A model generated the notes under the pieces. That model saw only the letters and a list, made by a program, of their open reading frames with translations. It was not told the origin of the DNA and did not search any database. The translations under genes and the position numbers were made by a program. Positions 19,506 to 28,573 of a stretch of 64,000 nucleotides of DNA are shown piece by piece; positions within the stretch are counted from its first letter, which is position 1, and each line of letters begins with the position of its first letter. This DNA comes from a plasmid, in sequence record NZ_CP096708.1; one strand, 5' to 3'.

Positions 19506-20063
19506 CTATACTTTATTAACCAGAGAAATGAAGTTTTTTTTGATTGTACAGAGATTAATATCTTTATTAGACGGTTGATAGGATTTAAGATATTCAGGTA
19601 TAAGCAACTGTTGAAAGTCAAAACAAGTAATGGTTCCTTTTCTAAATTCCATAATTTCTTTAACTTTTAGTTTAACCGTTTCATTTCTATCAATAATTTC
19701 TTTTAATGTTAAATAGTCGATTTCTGAAATCTCATTAAATAAAAATGTAGTGGATAAGAAATTTAAGTTTTGTTGATTTAAAAAACGTGAATTTCTTTTA
19801 GATAAATACTTATATAAGATTCTTATACTAAGAATCATTATTGATGAAAAAGATATAGCAACTAAAAAATTAATTCTTAAGTTGAAACTAAAAATCCAAC
19901 AAAGATAAAATCCATAAAAACAGAATAGAAATTGTGACAATATAAATGCATGAATAATGACATTTGTTATAAAGTCAAAATTAGAAAAGGCAGATTGATA
20001 CTGTTCCTTAGAAATAGGTTTGTAATTAGATATTCTGATATCTAACATTTCAATAGTTTGCAT
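19506..20063 (-). CDS. Membrane protein, paralog B of the 21560-22165 ORF
   Basis: Shares an N-terminal region and a C-terminal motif KVKEIMEFRKGTITCFDF with the paralog, which has KVKEILKNRDGIITGFDF. The central part is hydrophobic. Confidence 0.5.
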   Translation of the reverse strand: MQTIEMLDIRISNYKPISKEQYQSAFSNFDFITNVIIHAFILSQFLFCFYGFYLCWIFSFNLRINFLVAISFSSIMILSIRILYKYLSKRNSRFLNQQNLNFLSTTFLFNEISEIDYLTLKEIIDRNETVKLKVKEIMEFRKGTITCFDFQQLLIPEYLKSYQPSNKDINLCTIKKNFISLVNKV

Positions 20064-20092
20064 ATTAACACCTTAAGCTTAGCAGCTCGTAT

Positions 20093-20108
20093 GTTGCGGA
20101 TCCGCAAC
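20093..20108. repeat. Palindrome family copy (GTTGCGGATCCGCAAC)
   Basis: Intergenic, 30 bp upstream of the paralog B start, and followed by an A-run. Confidence 0.9.
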
Positions 20109-20140
20109 CAAAAATAATAATTAAAGCTTAAACAGAAAAC

Positions 20141-20365
20141 TTATTTGAATTTCTGTAAAGCGGTTAAAACCTTTTTTAAGCCTAGTAATCCAAGTCCAAT
20201 ACTAAACAAAATAATTGTACTTAACCCCAAATCAATTTTACCTTTTAGGATAATGGTATATAGGTTAACCAATATGAGGATTGTAACTTGAATAATAATA
20301 AATATCTTGGTTTTCCTCAATTGGCTTTCATGATATTCTTTATTTCCAGTCTTAAGTTCAAACAT
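20141..20365 (-). CDS. Small membrane protein (74 aa)
   Basis: Hydrophobic ORF. Confidence 0.3.
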   Translation of the reverse strand: MFELKTGNKEYHESQLRKTKIFIIIQVTILILVNLYTIILKGKIDLGLSTIILFSIGLGLLGLKKVLTALQKFK

Positions 20366-20379
20366 ACTTAAAATCCTTC

Positions 20380-20883
20380 TTATTTGAACAGCATAGTCTC
20401 TAGCTCATCTCTGTTTTCATCTATATACTCATCAATATAAGTGGAAACCTCTGTATCACTATAGCCCCAACTAATTATTTGTCCGATTAAGTAATCATCA
20501 AAATACATAAATAGGGTTTTTAACTGGTCAATAGTGGGATCTACATTTTCAAAAAATTCGAAATGGTTTATTAGGGAATACTTTAGAGTATCTAAAAAGA
20601 AACTTTCATCTTTAGAATGACTCCAATAGCATTCTTTTATAGAAAGCAATCGCTGTTCATCTTTCAAATTTTTCAATCGTTGAGATTCTTTTTGTTTTGC
20701 AATGTCATCTTCAGTGGCTTCTATAAAGATAATATTAGGATGATCTTTAAGTTCTTCTTGGAACAAGGATTTTCCTTTATTTTTATTAGTACAGCCCATA
20801 ATAAATGTATGTTCACCACTGGCTTTATTAGGGAATTTAAATGCAGTTAGTAATTTGGTTGCGTCATATATTTCATTTGTCAT
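20380..20883 (-). CDS. Hypothetical protein (167 aa)
   Basis: Overlaps the nuclease-like gene by 11 bp. A non-canonical GCTNKNKGKS glycine-rich motif is present. Confidence 0.4.
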   Translation of the reverse strand: MTNEIYDATKLLTAFKFPNKASGEHTFIMGCTNKNKGKSLFQEELKDHPNIIFIEATEDDIAKQKESQRLKNLKDEQRLLSIKECYWSHSKDESFFLDTLKYSLINHFEFFENVDPTIDQLKTLFMYFDDYLIGQIISWGYSDTEVSTYIDEYIDENRDELETMLFK

Positions 20884-21352
20884 TAGACATTCTCCTAAGT
20901 AAAATTGAATATAGAAATGATCTTTCCTTTTCTATATCTGATAGATGAAAAAACGGATCCCTTTGTTTATAAATATCTTGGCTATTATTACTTGAATAAA
21001 TATTACCTGTTCTGAACCTCTCTATTGTAACTTTGCCGTTTGAACTGACCTCGATCAGCCCCCATGAGTCAGGAACTTTGTTGATTTCAATCAATCCTTT
21101 AGGTGCACAATAGATTCTATAGTTACCGACACCCATTAATTGACCGTTACGTTCAGGCTTTTTAAAATCCTTTCTAAAGTCTGCTAAACTTGTCTTGCAT
21201 TCAACAATCAAGCTTGTATTTGATCTAAATGCCAAAATATCAGGTATTTCTCTACTTCCAATACACTTAAGCTCTGTTTCAATAATTGGGAATTTTAAGT
21301 AACTCTTAACCCATTTTGCTGCTATTTGAACAAGTTCTGAATGAGATAACAT
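20873..21352 (-). CDS. PD-(D/E)xK nuclease-like protein (159 aa)
   Basis: D...ECK arrangement in DILAFRSNTSLIVECKTS. The size is similar to small type II restriction endonucleases. Confidence 0.45.
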   Translation of the reverse strand: MLSHSELVQIAAKWVKSYLKFPIIETELKCIGSREIPDILAFRSNTSLIVECKTSLADFRKDFKKPERNGQLMGVGNYRIYCAPKGLIEINKVPDSWGLIEVSSNGKVTIERFRTGNIYSSNNSQDIYKQRDPFFHLSDIEKERSFLYSILLRRMSNDK

Positions 21353-21363
21353 GAGTACACCTG

Positions 21364-21588
21364 CTAGTCCGATTCATATTTAACTTTTTTCAGTTTAATG
21401 AGGTGATATTGTTCAATAAAAAAAGTTATTAAAGAGAAAATAACGAAAATAACACCATTTGAAAATAGTAAAATACATACCCAAATTATTGATATTTGCA
21501 GTGCTGTAAGGTTGTCAATTGGCAACATTTGATTCACTTTATCAATATATTCCATATAATTAATCATTATTTTTATCTCCATTATCAT
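21364..21588 (-). CDS. Small membrane protein (74 aa)
   Basis: Hydrophobic ORF. Confidence 0.3.
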   Translation of the reverse strand: MIMEIKIMINYMEYIDKVNQMLPIDNLTALQISIIWVCILLFSNGVIFVIFSLITFFIEQYHLIKLKKVKYESD

Positions 21589-22165
21589 TGAACAGGTCAG
21601 TGAGGATTAAGTCTCTTTTTTTGTTAGACTCATTAATTGACTCTTGTTCTTTTAATAGACTTAATAATTTTATAACATTAAGATTTATAAAATCGAAGCC
21701 TGTAATAATTCCATCTCTATTTTTTAGAATTTCTTTTACTTTATTTTTAAATTCTGGAATAGTGTTAGAAACATCGCTAATCATTTGATAACTATCTGAA
21801 TCAATTTCATCAAAACTATCAATTGAACATAAACTTATCAAATTATTTTTATTAAGTAAATTATCATTAACTGAAAACATTTTTCTTGTTGAGAAAGCTG
21901 ATATTATAAAAAATGTTAGTGATGTTAGAAATATCATTTTCCCATAATTGAAAACAGGTACTTCTGGAATTAACAAATCCATTAATGATATAAATGCTAT
22001 AACAAAAAAAATAATCATTAAAATTAATAATAACCTTATTATTATGGTATAGCGTTCAGACTTACGGTAAATCGGAATATATTGTTTCTGTGTAAGAGGT
22101 TTATATTCTTTGATTTCCTTAATACACAAATCAATAACTTCTTGTGTCTTGACAATTTCATTCAT
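21560..22165 (-). CDS. Membrane protein, paralog A
   Basis: Start taken as the ATG at 22163-22165 (MNEIVKTQ...), which is preceded by a minus-strand leader module. The track start at 22255 would read through the palindrome. Confidence 0.5.
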   Translation of the reverse strand: MNEIVKTQEVIDLCIKEIKEYKPLTQKQYIPIYRKSERYTIIIRLLLILMIIFFVIAFISLMDLLIPEVPVFNYGKMIFLTSLTFFIISAFSTRKMFSVNDNLLNKNNLISLCSIDSFDEIDSDSYQMISDVSNTIPEFKNKVKEILKNRDGIITGFDFINLNVIKLLSLLKEQESINESNKKRDLILTDLFNDNGDKNND

Positions 22166-22190
22166 ATATACACCATAAGCCTTTCGGCTC
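22166..22190 (-). promoter_or_regulatory. Conserved leader-RBS module (hairpin 2 only), minus strand
   Basis: The reverse complement reads AGCC-GAAA-GGCT TATGGTG tatat ATG. Confidence 0.55.
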
Positions 22191-22194
22191 GTTA

Positions 22195-22210
22195 GTTGCG
22201 GATCCGCAAC
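22195..22210. repeat. Palindrome family copy
   Basis: Intergenic, 30 bp upstream of the paralog A start, in the divergent region shared with the resolvase gene. Confidence 0.9.
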
Positions 22211-22214
22211 AAAA

Positions 22215-22345
22215 AAATTAGTTGCATAGCCATTTAGGATAGCTAATAATAACATGGCTATTTTAGATGCTGCAATATCTAAAATAGCCTACCCTTTTAC
22301 ACGGCTTTTTTGACTATGCCCAAAATGGCTATCAAATTGATATAT
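22215..22345. promoter_or_regulatory. Putative res/resolvase-binding region
   Basis: A 13-bp perfect inverted repeat GGCTATTTTAGAT ... ATCTAAAATAGCC at 22253-22290, plus further GGCTAT half-sites, immediately upstream of the serine recombinase gene. Confidence 0.4.
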
Positions 22346-22365
22346 TTTACTAGAGAGCTTGTTTT

Positions 22366-23004
22366 TTGACCATTGCTAAAGTTGCAAGAGTGTACTTGCG
22401 CGTGAGTACAGATTCCCAAAGTCTTGAACGCCAAGAAAAGGTTATTTCTGATGCTAGGTCGGCAGGATATTACATTGCTGCTGTTTATAAGGAAAAAGCT
22501 TCAGGTGCAACTATCGACAGACCTGAGCTTCAGAGAATGATTAATGATTTACAATCAGGCGAAGTTGTAATTGCAGAAAAATTAGACCGTATTAGTCGTC
22601 TACCTTTAAAAGAAGCCGAAAATTTAATTGAATCAATTAGATCTAAAGGTGCTAGATTAGCTATTCCTGGTTTAGTTGATCTTTCAGAGATAAGTAAAGA
22701 CTTATCAGGAATGAGCAAGATTATTGTTGATACGATTCAAGAGCTATTATTAAAAATTGCATTACAGATGGCTCATGAAGACTATGAACTTAGACGTGAG
22801 CGTCAGAGACAGGGCCAAAAAATACTTAAAGATAAAAGATTGTATAAAGGCCGAAAACCAAATGAGAAGGTTAATCTAGAAATTATCAAACTTAGGAAAA
22901 AGGGCTTGTCGATTAGTGAAACAGCAAAAGGAGCTAAATGCTCAATAGCCCAAGTTAAAAAAATCTGGCGTGAATATAATGATCAATTAAGTGAGGATGA
23001 CTAG
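22366..23004 (+). CDS. Serine recombinase (resolvase/invertase family)
   Basis: N-terminal catalytic motif YLRVSTDSQ and a C-terminal helix-turn-helix. Confidence 0.85.
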   Translation: MTIAKVARVYLRVSTDSQSLERQEKVISDARSAGYYIAAVYKEKASGATIDRPELQRMINDLQSGEVVIAEKLDRISRLPLKEAENLIESIRSKGARLAIPGLVDLSEISKDLSGMSKIIVDTIQELLLKIALQMAHEDYELRRERQRQGQKILKDKRLYKGRKPNEKVNLEIIKLRKKGLSISETAKGAKCSIAQVKKIWREYNDQLSEDD

Positions 23005-23267
23005 AGTTCTAGACCCCTACTCTACTTTTAAACTAAATTTTTTTTCTAATTTTATCGTATGTATAAATACATATAGGCATACTAGCTAAGATTCCGAGTA
23101 AACCATACAAGCCCATAAAACCTTGTAAGATTTCATATGTAAAATTTACGAACAATAAGCTAATTAATAAACGTAATTGAAAGTTGATTGTGAAAAAGTA
23201 TATTAAATATTTTTCTATCAAGTTGAAGTCCTTCATTCTCTGGATTCTTATTAGTTAGACAATTAAG

Positions 23268-23777
23268 TTATTGTTTTTTGTTTAAACTCATACCTACATG
23301 TAATGCTATAAATAGAAGCACACCAGTCAAGTAGAATGCTAAAGTTAATGGTATTAATTGCAGATATTTTTGAATGTTAATTGTATGATTTTGCACAGGA
23401 AAAAGTAAAGAATCTACTATATAGATTGCGGTGATTATTAGAGAAATTCTTAAAAAATATGGCGTAACTCTTTTGGTAAATCCATGACTATTTTGGTTAT
23501 ATTCTTTCCAATTGTTAGTCTGGAGTGCTTTTAATTGCTTATCTGATAAAGCACCAACCCAGTTAAGTTTTTTAAGTAACTTGTGTTTAACGAAAAGTGG
23601 GCAAAACAGAATCCAAAATACCATTGCTATGCCTGAAAATGCCAAAATATTCTCAACACCTGAAATTGATGATTTATATATAACAGGTTGAAAGATAACG
23701 TATCCAGCAGGAATAAAAGTGATAGCTAGACATTGACTGAAAGAAATTTTTTTCATGTATATTTTCTTATATCCCAA
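23268..23777 (-). CDS. Membrane protein (169 aa)
   Basis: Multiple hydrophobic helices. Confidence 0.4.
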   Translation of the reverse strand: MGYKKIYMKKISFSQCLAITFIPAGYVIFQPVIYKSSISGVENILAFSGIAMVFWILFCPLFVKHKLLKKLNWVGALSDKQLKALQTNNWKEYNQNSHGFTKRVTPYFLRISLIITAIYIVDSLLFPVQNHTINIQKYLQLIPLTLAFYLTGVLLFIALHVGMSLNKKQ

Positions 23778-23827
23778 AAATAAAAAACCATTAATGCCTA
23801 TAGAGACATTAATGACCTTATGTAGTT

Positions 23828-23843
23828 GTTGCGGATCCGCAAC
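23828..23843. repeat. Palindrome family copy (extended form TTGTTGCGGATCCGCAACAA)
   Basis: Intergenic between two minus-strand genes. Confidence 0.9.
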
Positions 23844-23852
23844 AAAAAATTC

Positions 23853-24149
23853 TTATAAGAATATTTGTTCTACATTTTTCACTGATTCATCACTAAATCT
23901 ATTTTCGCAATCTTTACATTCAAATGAAATGCTATGAAAGATGTTTACAGCATTGTGTTGTTTGAAGTCTAAATCACCATTATTAAAGTGAATTACATCT
24001 GAAATCTTTTTGTTTATAAAAAGTATTAGATTTCGACTTTCACATTTGGGGCATTTAACACTTTCATTCAATGCTAACGGTGGAGTGTCCATTTTGAGTG
24101 CAGGAATTTCAGTTTTTAGGATTTGAGATGCGTCTAAATATTCGCTCAT
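23853..24149 (-). CDS. Zinc-ribbon protein (98 aa)
   Basis: CPKC ... CKDC cysteine pairs. Confidence 0.4.
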   Translation of the reverse strand: MSEYLDASQILKTEIPALKMDTPPLALNESVKCPKCESRNLILFINKKISDVIHFNNGDLDFKQHNAVNIFHSISFECKDCENRFSDESVKNVEQIFL

Positions 24150-24388
24150 TTTTCTTCTCTAGTTAACAAGAAATAAACATTACTATAACTTGCGAGGATA
24201 AATAACACGTATACAAGGGTGTCTATTGTATAGGTTTTGTAACTGAATGGCATTAGAAAACATTCCTATATTCGTAAGTAAATGATTTACTTAGAGAAAT
24301 ATACAGATCTGTCTGTTTTCAAAAATGTATCAAAGTGATTGTTTTTTTTAGTATGATACGGACATATTTAGAAGAGTAAAGTTGTCCT

Positions 24389-24994
24389 ATGCAAACAACT
24401 CAAATAATAACAGTAAAGAAAGCAATCATTCCAATTAATGTGATGGCTTTGGCAATTGTCATTAGTTGTTCGGCAAATGCTACTTGTTGGAATGAGGCTG
24501 CCGCAACTTACGGCCAAGATCCATATCTTCTTAAGGCTATCGCTTGGAAAGAGAGTAAGGGTTATGTCGGTGCAGTAGGTTCGTTATTGAAAGACGGCAA
24601 TAGAGCACTTGGTCTAATGCAGGTTAATACGATCCATTTAAATAGGCTTAGCAAAATTGGAGTTAGACGAGAGGATTTATTTGATCCTTGCGTTTCTCAA
24701 AAAGTAGGCGCTTGGGTGCTTGCTGAATGTATGGATAAATTCAAAGAAGTGTGGCGCTCGGTTGGATGTTATTACGGTGGCCCATATTCAAGAGCTTACA
24801 CCGCAATGAATCTCTACGCTCAAGACGTTAAGCGTTATTACGAACAATATAAGCGCAAAGCTGGTCTGCCACTCGAATACACGCCTATTTATCAAAATAA
24901 GTTCAATCAACAATGGCCTTCTGTGACTGCAACTACAGAAGAAAAGCCAAAGATCAAAAATACAAATACAACTTTTGAAATTATCCAATTTTAA
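24389..24994 (+). CDS. Lytic transglycosylase (SLT domain), first gene of the MPF operon
   Basis: Signal peptide, with an SLT-like core around ESKGYVGAV and LGLMQVN. Confidence 0.65.
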   Translation: MQTTQIITVKKAIIPINVMALAIVISCSANATCWNEAAATYGQDPYLLKAIAWKESKGYVGAVGSLLKDGNRALGLMQVNTIHLNRLSKIGVRREDLFDPCVSQKVGAWVLAECMDKFKEVWRSVGCYYGGPYSRAYTAMNLYAQDVKRYYEQYKRKAGLPLEYTPIYQNKFNQQWPSVTATTEEKPKIKNTNTTFEIIQF

Positions 24995-25007
24995 AGAGGA
25001 GATAGAG

Positions 25008-25238
25008 GTGAATAAGAAATTAAGCGTATTAATCCTATGTTGCGGATCCGCAACTGGAGTATTCGCAAAAGATGAAAAGAGTGCATCTCTGAATGAAGTT
25101 AATCCAATTACCCGTTATGTGAATGTTTGTCAGCAACCAGGGGGTAACGAAAAGAAGTTCGTTCTTTGTGACTCAAAAGATAAAAGCTGTGCACAACCTG
25201 AAGACCGCACAGTAAAGCATTTGGCAACAGCCAAATAA
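25008..25238 (+). CDS. Small secreted Cys-containing protein
   Basis: GTG start behind AGGAGATAGAG. The signal peptide KKLSVLILCCGSATGVFA is partly encoded by a palindrome copy. Confidence 0.35.
   Translation: MNKKLSVLILCCGSATGVFAKDEKSASLNEVNPITRYVNVCQQPGGNEKKFVLCDSKDKSCAQPEDRTVKHLATAK
25039..25054. repeat. Palindrome family copy inside a CDS
   Basis: Encodes CCGSAT in the signal peptide of the 25008-25238 ORF. Confidence 0.9.
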
Positions 25239-25287
25239 TAGAGCCTACGGGCAAAATCAAAAAAACCTTAATAAGAGGAAAAAAACT

Positions 25288-25638
25288 ATGGAATTAACTG
25301 TTCCTAATCCAGTTCAAAAATTAAACGTTCTAGCTAAATACGAGCGTCCTTTATTAGTTGCATTTGTTGTTATGGCAGCAATGCTTCTTTGGATGGGGTT
25401 ATCAACTGCTGGTACTGCAACAGGTGTTGGTTCGCAATTCGGTACTTGGGCAACAACTCTTGAGGGCTGGATTAAAGGCCCTTACGGGAAGATGACCATG
25501 TTATTCGCATTGCTTATTGCAATTGGTGCGTTTGCTTGGACTCGTGACTTGAAAGTAATTGTGATTCCTGTTGTTGGTGCAATTGCGATTGGTCTTGTCG
25601 TTTCTTTAATCACAGGATCATTCACAGCATTGATCTAA
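25288..25638 (+). CDS. Pilin (TraA/TrbC-like propilin)
   Basis: A 116-aa protein with two long hydrophobic segments, positioned before traL. Confidence 0.5.
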   Translation: MELTVPNPVQKLNVLAKYERPLLVAFVVMAAMLLWMGLSTAGTATGVGSQFGTWATTLEGWIKGPYGKMTMLFALLIAIGAFAWTRDLKVIVIPVVGAIAIGLVVSLITGSFTALI

Positions 25639-25655
25639 CGTTTTAAGGGGGGAGT

Positions 25656-25949
25656 ATGGCTTCAGGAATTGAGTTATTACATTACGTACCGAGCAAAATT
25701 GATGCAAAGGGGAAATTCTTTGTTTGGGATCAAGATGTTGCTTTTGCAGCTTTTGCGATGTTCCTTACAGGGTTTTATTTTGGTCAAGCTATGCTTGGTG
25801 GGTTATTAGGCTTAGGCATTGCTTATTACTATAACAAAGCTAAAGCTGGCTTACATCCTGATTACATACTCCACCTATCTTATTGGATAGGTAATTCACC
25901 AAAATTCAAAGAATTACCTGAATCACATAACCGTCATTTTTATGGTTGA
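25656..25949 (+). CDS. traL: TraL-like pilus assembly protein
   Basis: Size matches, and the C-terminal YW...HRH pattern matches F TraL as recalled. Confidence 0.55.
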   Translation: MASGIELLHYVPSKIDAKGKFFVWDQDVAFAAFAMFLTGFYFGQAMLGGLLGLGIAYYYNKAKAGLHPDYILHLSYWIGNSPKFKELPESHNRHFYG

Positions 25950-26533
25950 GATTTATGGATGCTGAAAGTGGTAATAAAACTATCAATTCAATGCAGGCAA
26001 GAAATAGATCACAAACAGTTGTGATCTTTTCTTTAGTGGGTGTGATTATTGGACTAATAATCGTTTTGGGTATAGCACTTACTAACAATAAAACAATCCT
26101 ACAGTTCCCAGGTAAAGATTCTCAATCATTTATTGTAGGAAATACAACCGCAAACCAAGAATACTTTGTTAATGCTGCTGATTACTTCGTAAACAAGCTA
26201 TACAACGTTACACCTATCAATGCTCGTAAAAACTTTGACTCAATTCTAGTAGCTACTGATCAAAGAACATACCCACAAATTAAAAAAATGCTTAACGAAA
26301 CTGAATCAAGAATTGTTAAGCAGGGCATTACAAGTGTGTGGTCGTCAAGTGGGGCTTTTACCTATCAGGAATCTGAAAAAACTGTAACGGTCGAGGGGAT
26401 GTTAAAGACCTACCTTGCTGATCGCCTAGTTTCTGAAGAACCTAAAAAACTTAACATTAAATTCTCAATGAATAAGGGAACTATTGCTCTTTATTCAATG
26501 GGTGAGGTGAGAGAAAATAATGGTACTCAATAA
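25946..26533 (+). CDS. traE: TraE-like
   Basis: Single N-terminal transmembrane segment plus a periplasmic domain. Gene order and size match. Confidence 0.6.
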   Translation: MRFMDAESGNKTINSMQARNRSQTVVIFSLVGVIIGLIIVLGIALTNNKTILQFPGKDSQSFIVGNTTANQEYFVNAADYFVNKLYNVTPINARKNFDSILVATDQRTYPQIKKMLNETESRIVKQGITSVWSSSGAFTYQESEKTVTVEGMLKTYLADRLVSEEPKKLNIKFSMNKGTIALYSMGEVRENNGTQ

Positions 26534-27239
26534 ATTAGCTGTCTTTACAGCAAGCTTAATTATTTCAGCTTCTGCCTATTGTACTCAACATATTACTAAA
26601 GCTGATAAACAATCCGTATCCGTTGCAGTTTCAAATAAAGATCTCAATGTTTTATATGTTGATGGTCGGAAAATGGTTACAGCTACACCAAGCAATTCAA
26701 ATGCTCTTGAATATCAAAAAGACAAAAATCAAGGTGCGCTCTATTTCAAAATTAACCCTGCATTTCAAAACACAACGATACCAGTTTTCGTCACTGATGA
26801 TTATGGAACTCGATACAAAATCGAGCTTCAACCTAAAAATATGCCTGGTGAAGATGTTGTGCTTGTACCACCAGCAGAAAGCGAAACGAGTGTAGGGAAA
26901 CGAAATCAGTCATATCAACAACAAATCAAAGAGTTGATTTATACAATGGGAGATGATGCGGATAGCCCACGGGATGAGTTAGCAATAGACGGGATTTCAA
27001 GAAGTTATATTGGTGCAGATATACCACTATGGAAAGAAGCAAGTCTTAAGCTTTTAAGAAGATATGATGCTGATAGTGGCATGTATGGGGAACTATACCA
27101 AATTAAAAATATCTCTTATAAGCCTTTAAACATGCTTGAGCAGGAGTTTTATAGAAAAGGCGTAGCAGCAGTTTCAGTGGAAAACCTTACTTTGCAACCA
27201 GGAGCTACAACATTCTTATATGTAGTTCGAGAGCAGTAG
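26520..27239 (+). CDS. traK: TraK-like (secretin-like periplasmic protein)
   Basis: Signal peptide. Order and size match. Confidence 0.6.
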   Translation: MVLNKLAVFTASLIISASAYCTQHITKADKQSVSVAVSNKDLNVLYVDGRKMVTATPSNSNALEYQKDKNQGALYFKINPAFQNTTIPVFVTDDYGTRYKIELQPKNMPGEDVVLVPPAESETSVGKRNQSYQQQIKELIYTMGDDADSPRDELAIDGISRSYIGADIPLWKEASLKLLRRYDADSGMYGELYQIKNISYKPLNMLEQEFYRKGVAAVSVENLTLQPGATTFLYVVREQ

Positions 27240-27248
27240 GAGATTGCC

Positions 27249-28571
27249 ATGACTGATTCTTTAGAAACAAACCCAAACGATCAAACAAAGAAAAAACAGT
27301 TTCGAATTATTATGGCTGTTCTTATGGTTGTCTTTGTTGGGATAGCAGCATTCTTATTTATGGGAGATGATGCACCAAAACAAGAAACAACAATAGAAAC
27401 AGGAAATGCTGCTGATGTTCCTATGCCTGGAGATTCTTCTGCCCAAGATGAATGGAGAATGACCGCAGCACAAGATGCTGAGCAAACGAAGCAACAAGTA
27501 AATGATTTGAAAACTCTTGTAGAAGCACAAACGGCTCAGAATCAACAATTGCAAAACCAATTGAATGAAACTAACCAAAAATTATCTGAAGTCGCTACAA
27601 CTAAAGCTTCAAGAGTTGAAACACAGCCTACAAATACGACTCCACCAAGCATCGGCTCAAGTGGTTCAGCCAATTACCCTAACAAACAGGGGCTTCATGG
27701 TAACTCAATTTTATCAGATCCAAACGGAACTTCTGTAGACCCCTCTACTGGTCAAATCATTCCACTAGCAAATCAGAATATGAATGAGTCTTATAAATCA
27801 TTCAATGTTATTGATTTTACTAAATCTGATGATGGTGAAGATGCAACTAGTGCTTCAACTGGAAATACTGCACCAACACAACCGAAAGGCTCTACGACAT
27901 TTATTCCTGATGGTTCTTTCGTTCGAGTTGTCATGATCAATGGTGTTGATGCGCCTACTGGTGGGCAAGCCCAAAGCGACCCTATTCCAGTTGTATTCCA
28001 GACAGTTGGCAAAATTGACATGCCTAATAGCTACAAAATGAATATTAAGGGATGTCGCTTTGTTGGGTTGGCTTGGGGTGAACTTTCAAGTGAGCGTGTT
28101 AAAGCACGTATTGAAAGTGGTAACTGCATTATTAATGGACAGACCGTACAGATCGGAATTAAAGGGCAGATCGTAGGAGAAGACGGTAAGACTGGCATCC
28201 GTGGTCGTGTAGTTAGTAAACAAGGGCAAATACTGGCTAAAGCGGCTCTAGCAAGTGCTATGGAAGCAGTAGGTGGTTTATATGGACAGACTGTTGGTAC
28301 GTCAAGTCAATCAGCGTTAGGAACAGTACGAACAATTACAGGAAGTGAGTTAAAGCAAGCTGCTGTAGGCGGTGCAATTTCTGGTGGTGCTGAAAAACTT
28401 TCTGACTTCTATATGCAAAGAGCAAATGACATATTCCCGATTGTCGAGGTTGGAGCTGGCCGTACTTTAGAAATTATGGTGCAAAAGGGCGCTACGGTGG
28501 AAAACAAGTTTTTGATTTCCTCTAAAGCAAGTAATTCGGGCGCAAAAAAACGAATCTTAATGGATGACTAA
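27249..28571 (+). CDS. traB: TraB-like (VirB10 family)
   Basis: N-terminal transmembrane segment, a Gln-rich coiled region, and a Gly-rich C-terminal domain. Confidence 0.7.
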   Translation: MTDSLETNPNDQTKKKQFRIIMAVLMVVFVGIAAFLFMGDDAPKQETTIETGNAADVPMPGDSSAQDEWRMTAAQDAEQTKQQVNDLKTLVEAQTAQNQQLQNQLNETNQKLSEVATTKASRVETQPTNTTPPSIGSSGSANYPNKQGLHGNSILSDPNGTSVDPSTGQIIPLANQNMNESYKSFNVIDFTKSDDGEDATSASTGNTAPTQPKGSTTFIPDGSFVRVVMINGVDAPTGGQAQSDPIPVVFQTVGKIDMPNSYKMNIKGCRFVGLAWGELSSERVKARIESGNCIINGQTVQIGIKGQIVGEDGKTGIRGRVVSKQGQILAKAALASAMEAVGGLYGQTVGTSSQSALGTVRTITGSELKQAAVGGAISGGAEKLSDFYMQRANDIFPIVEVGAGRTLEIMVQKGATVENKFLISSKASNSGAKKRILMDD

Positions 28572-28573
28572 TA

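Noticed and set aside
22166-22255. N-terminal extension of the paralog A ORF through the palindrome (MLLLAILNGYATNFFVADPQ...)
   Set aside because: It reads through the intergenic palindrome and the leader module. An ATG at 22163-22165 with the conserved TATGGTG spacing is the better start.
24975-25007. Upstream extension of the small secreted protein ORF (MKLSNFKEEIEV...)
   Set aside because: The track start overlaps the end of the preceding gene with no Shine-Dalgarno. A GTG at 25008 behind AGGAGATAGAG gives a clean signal peptide.
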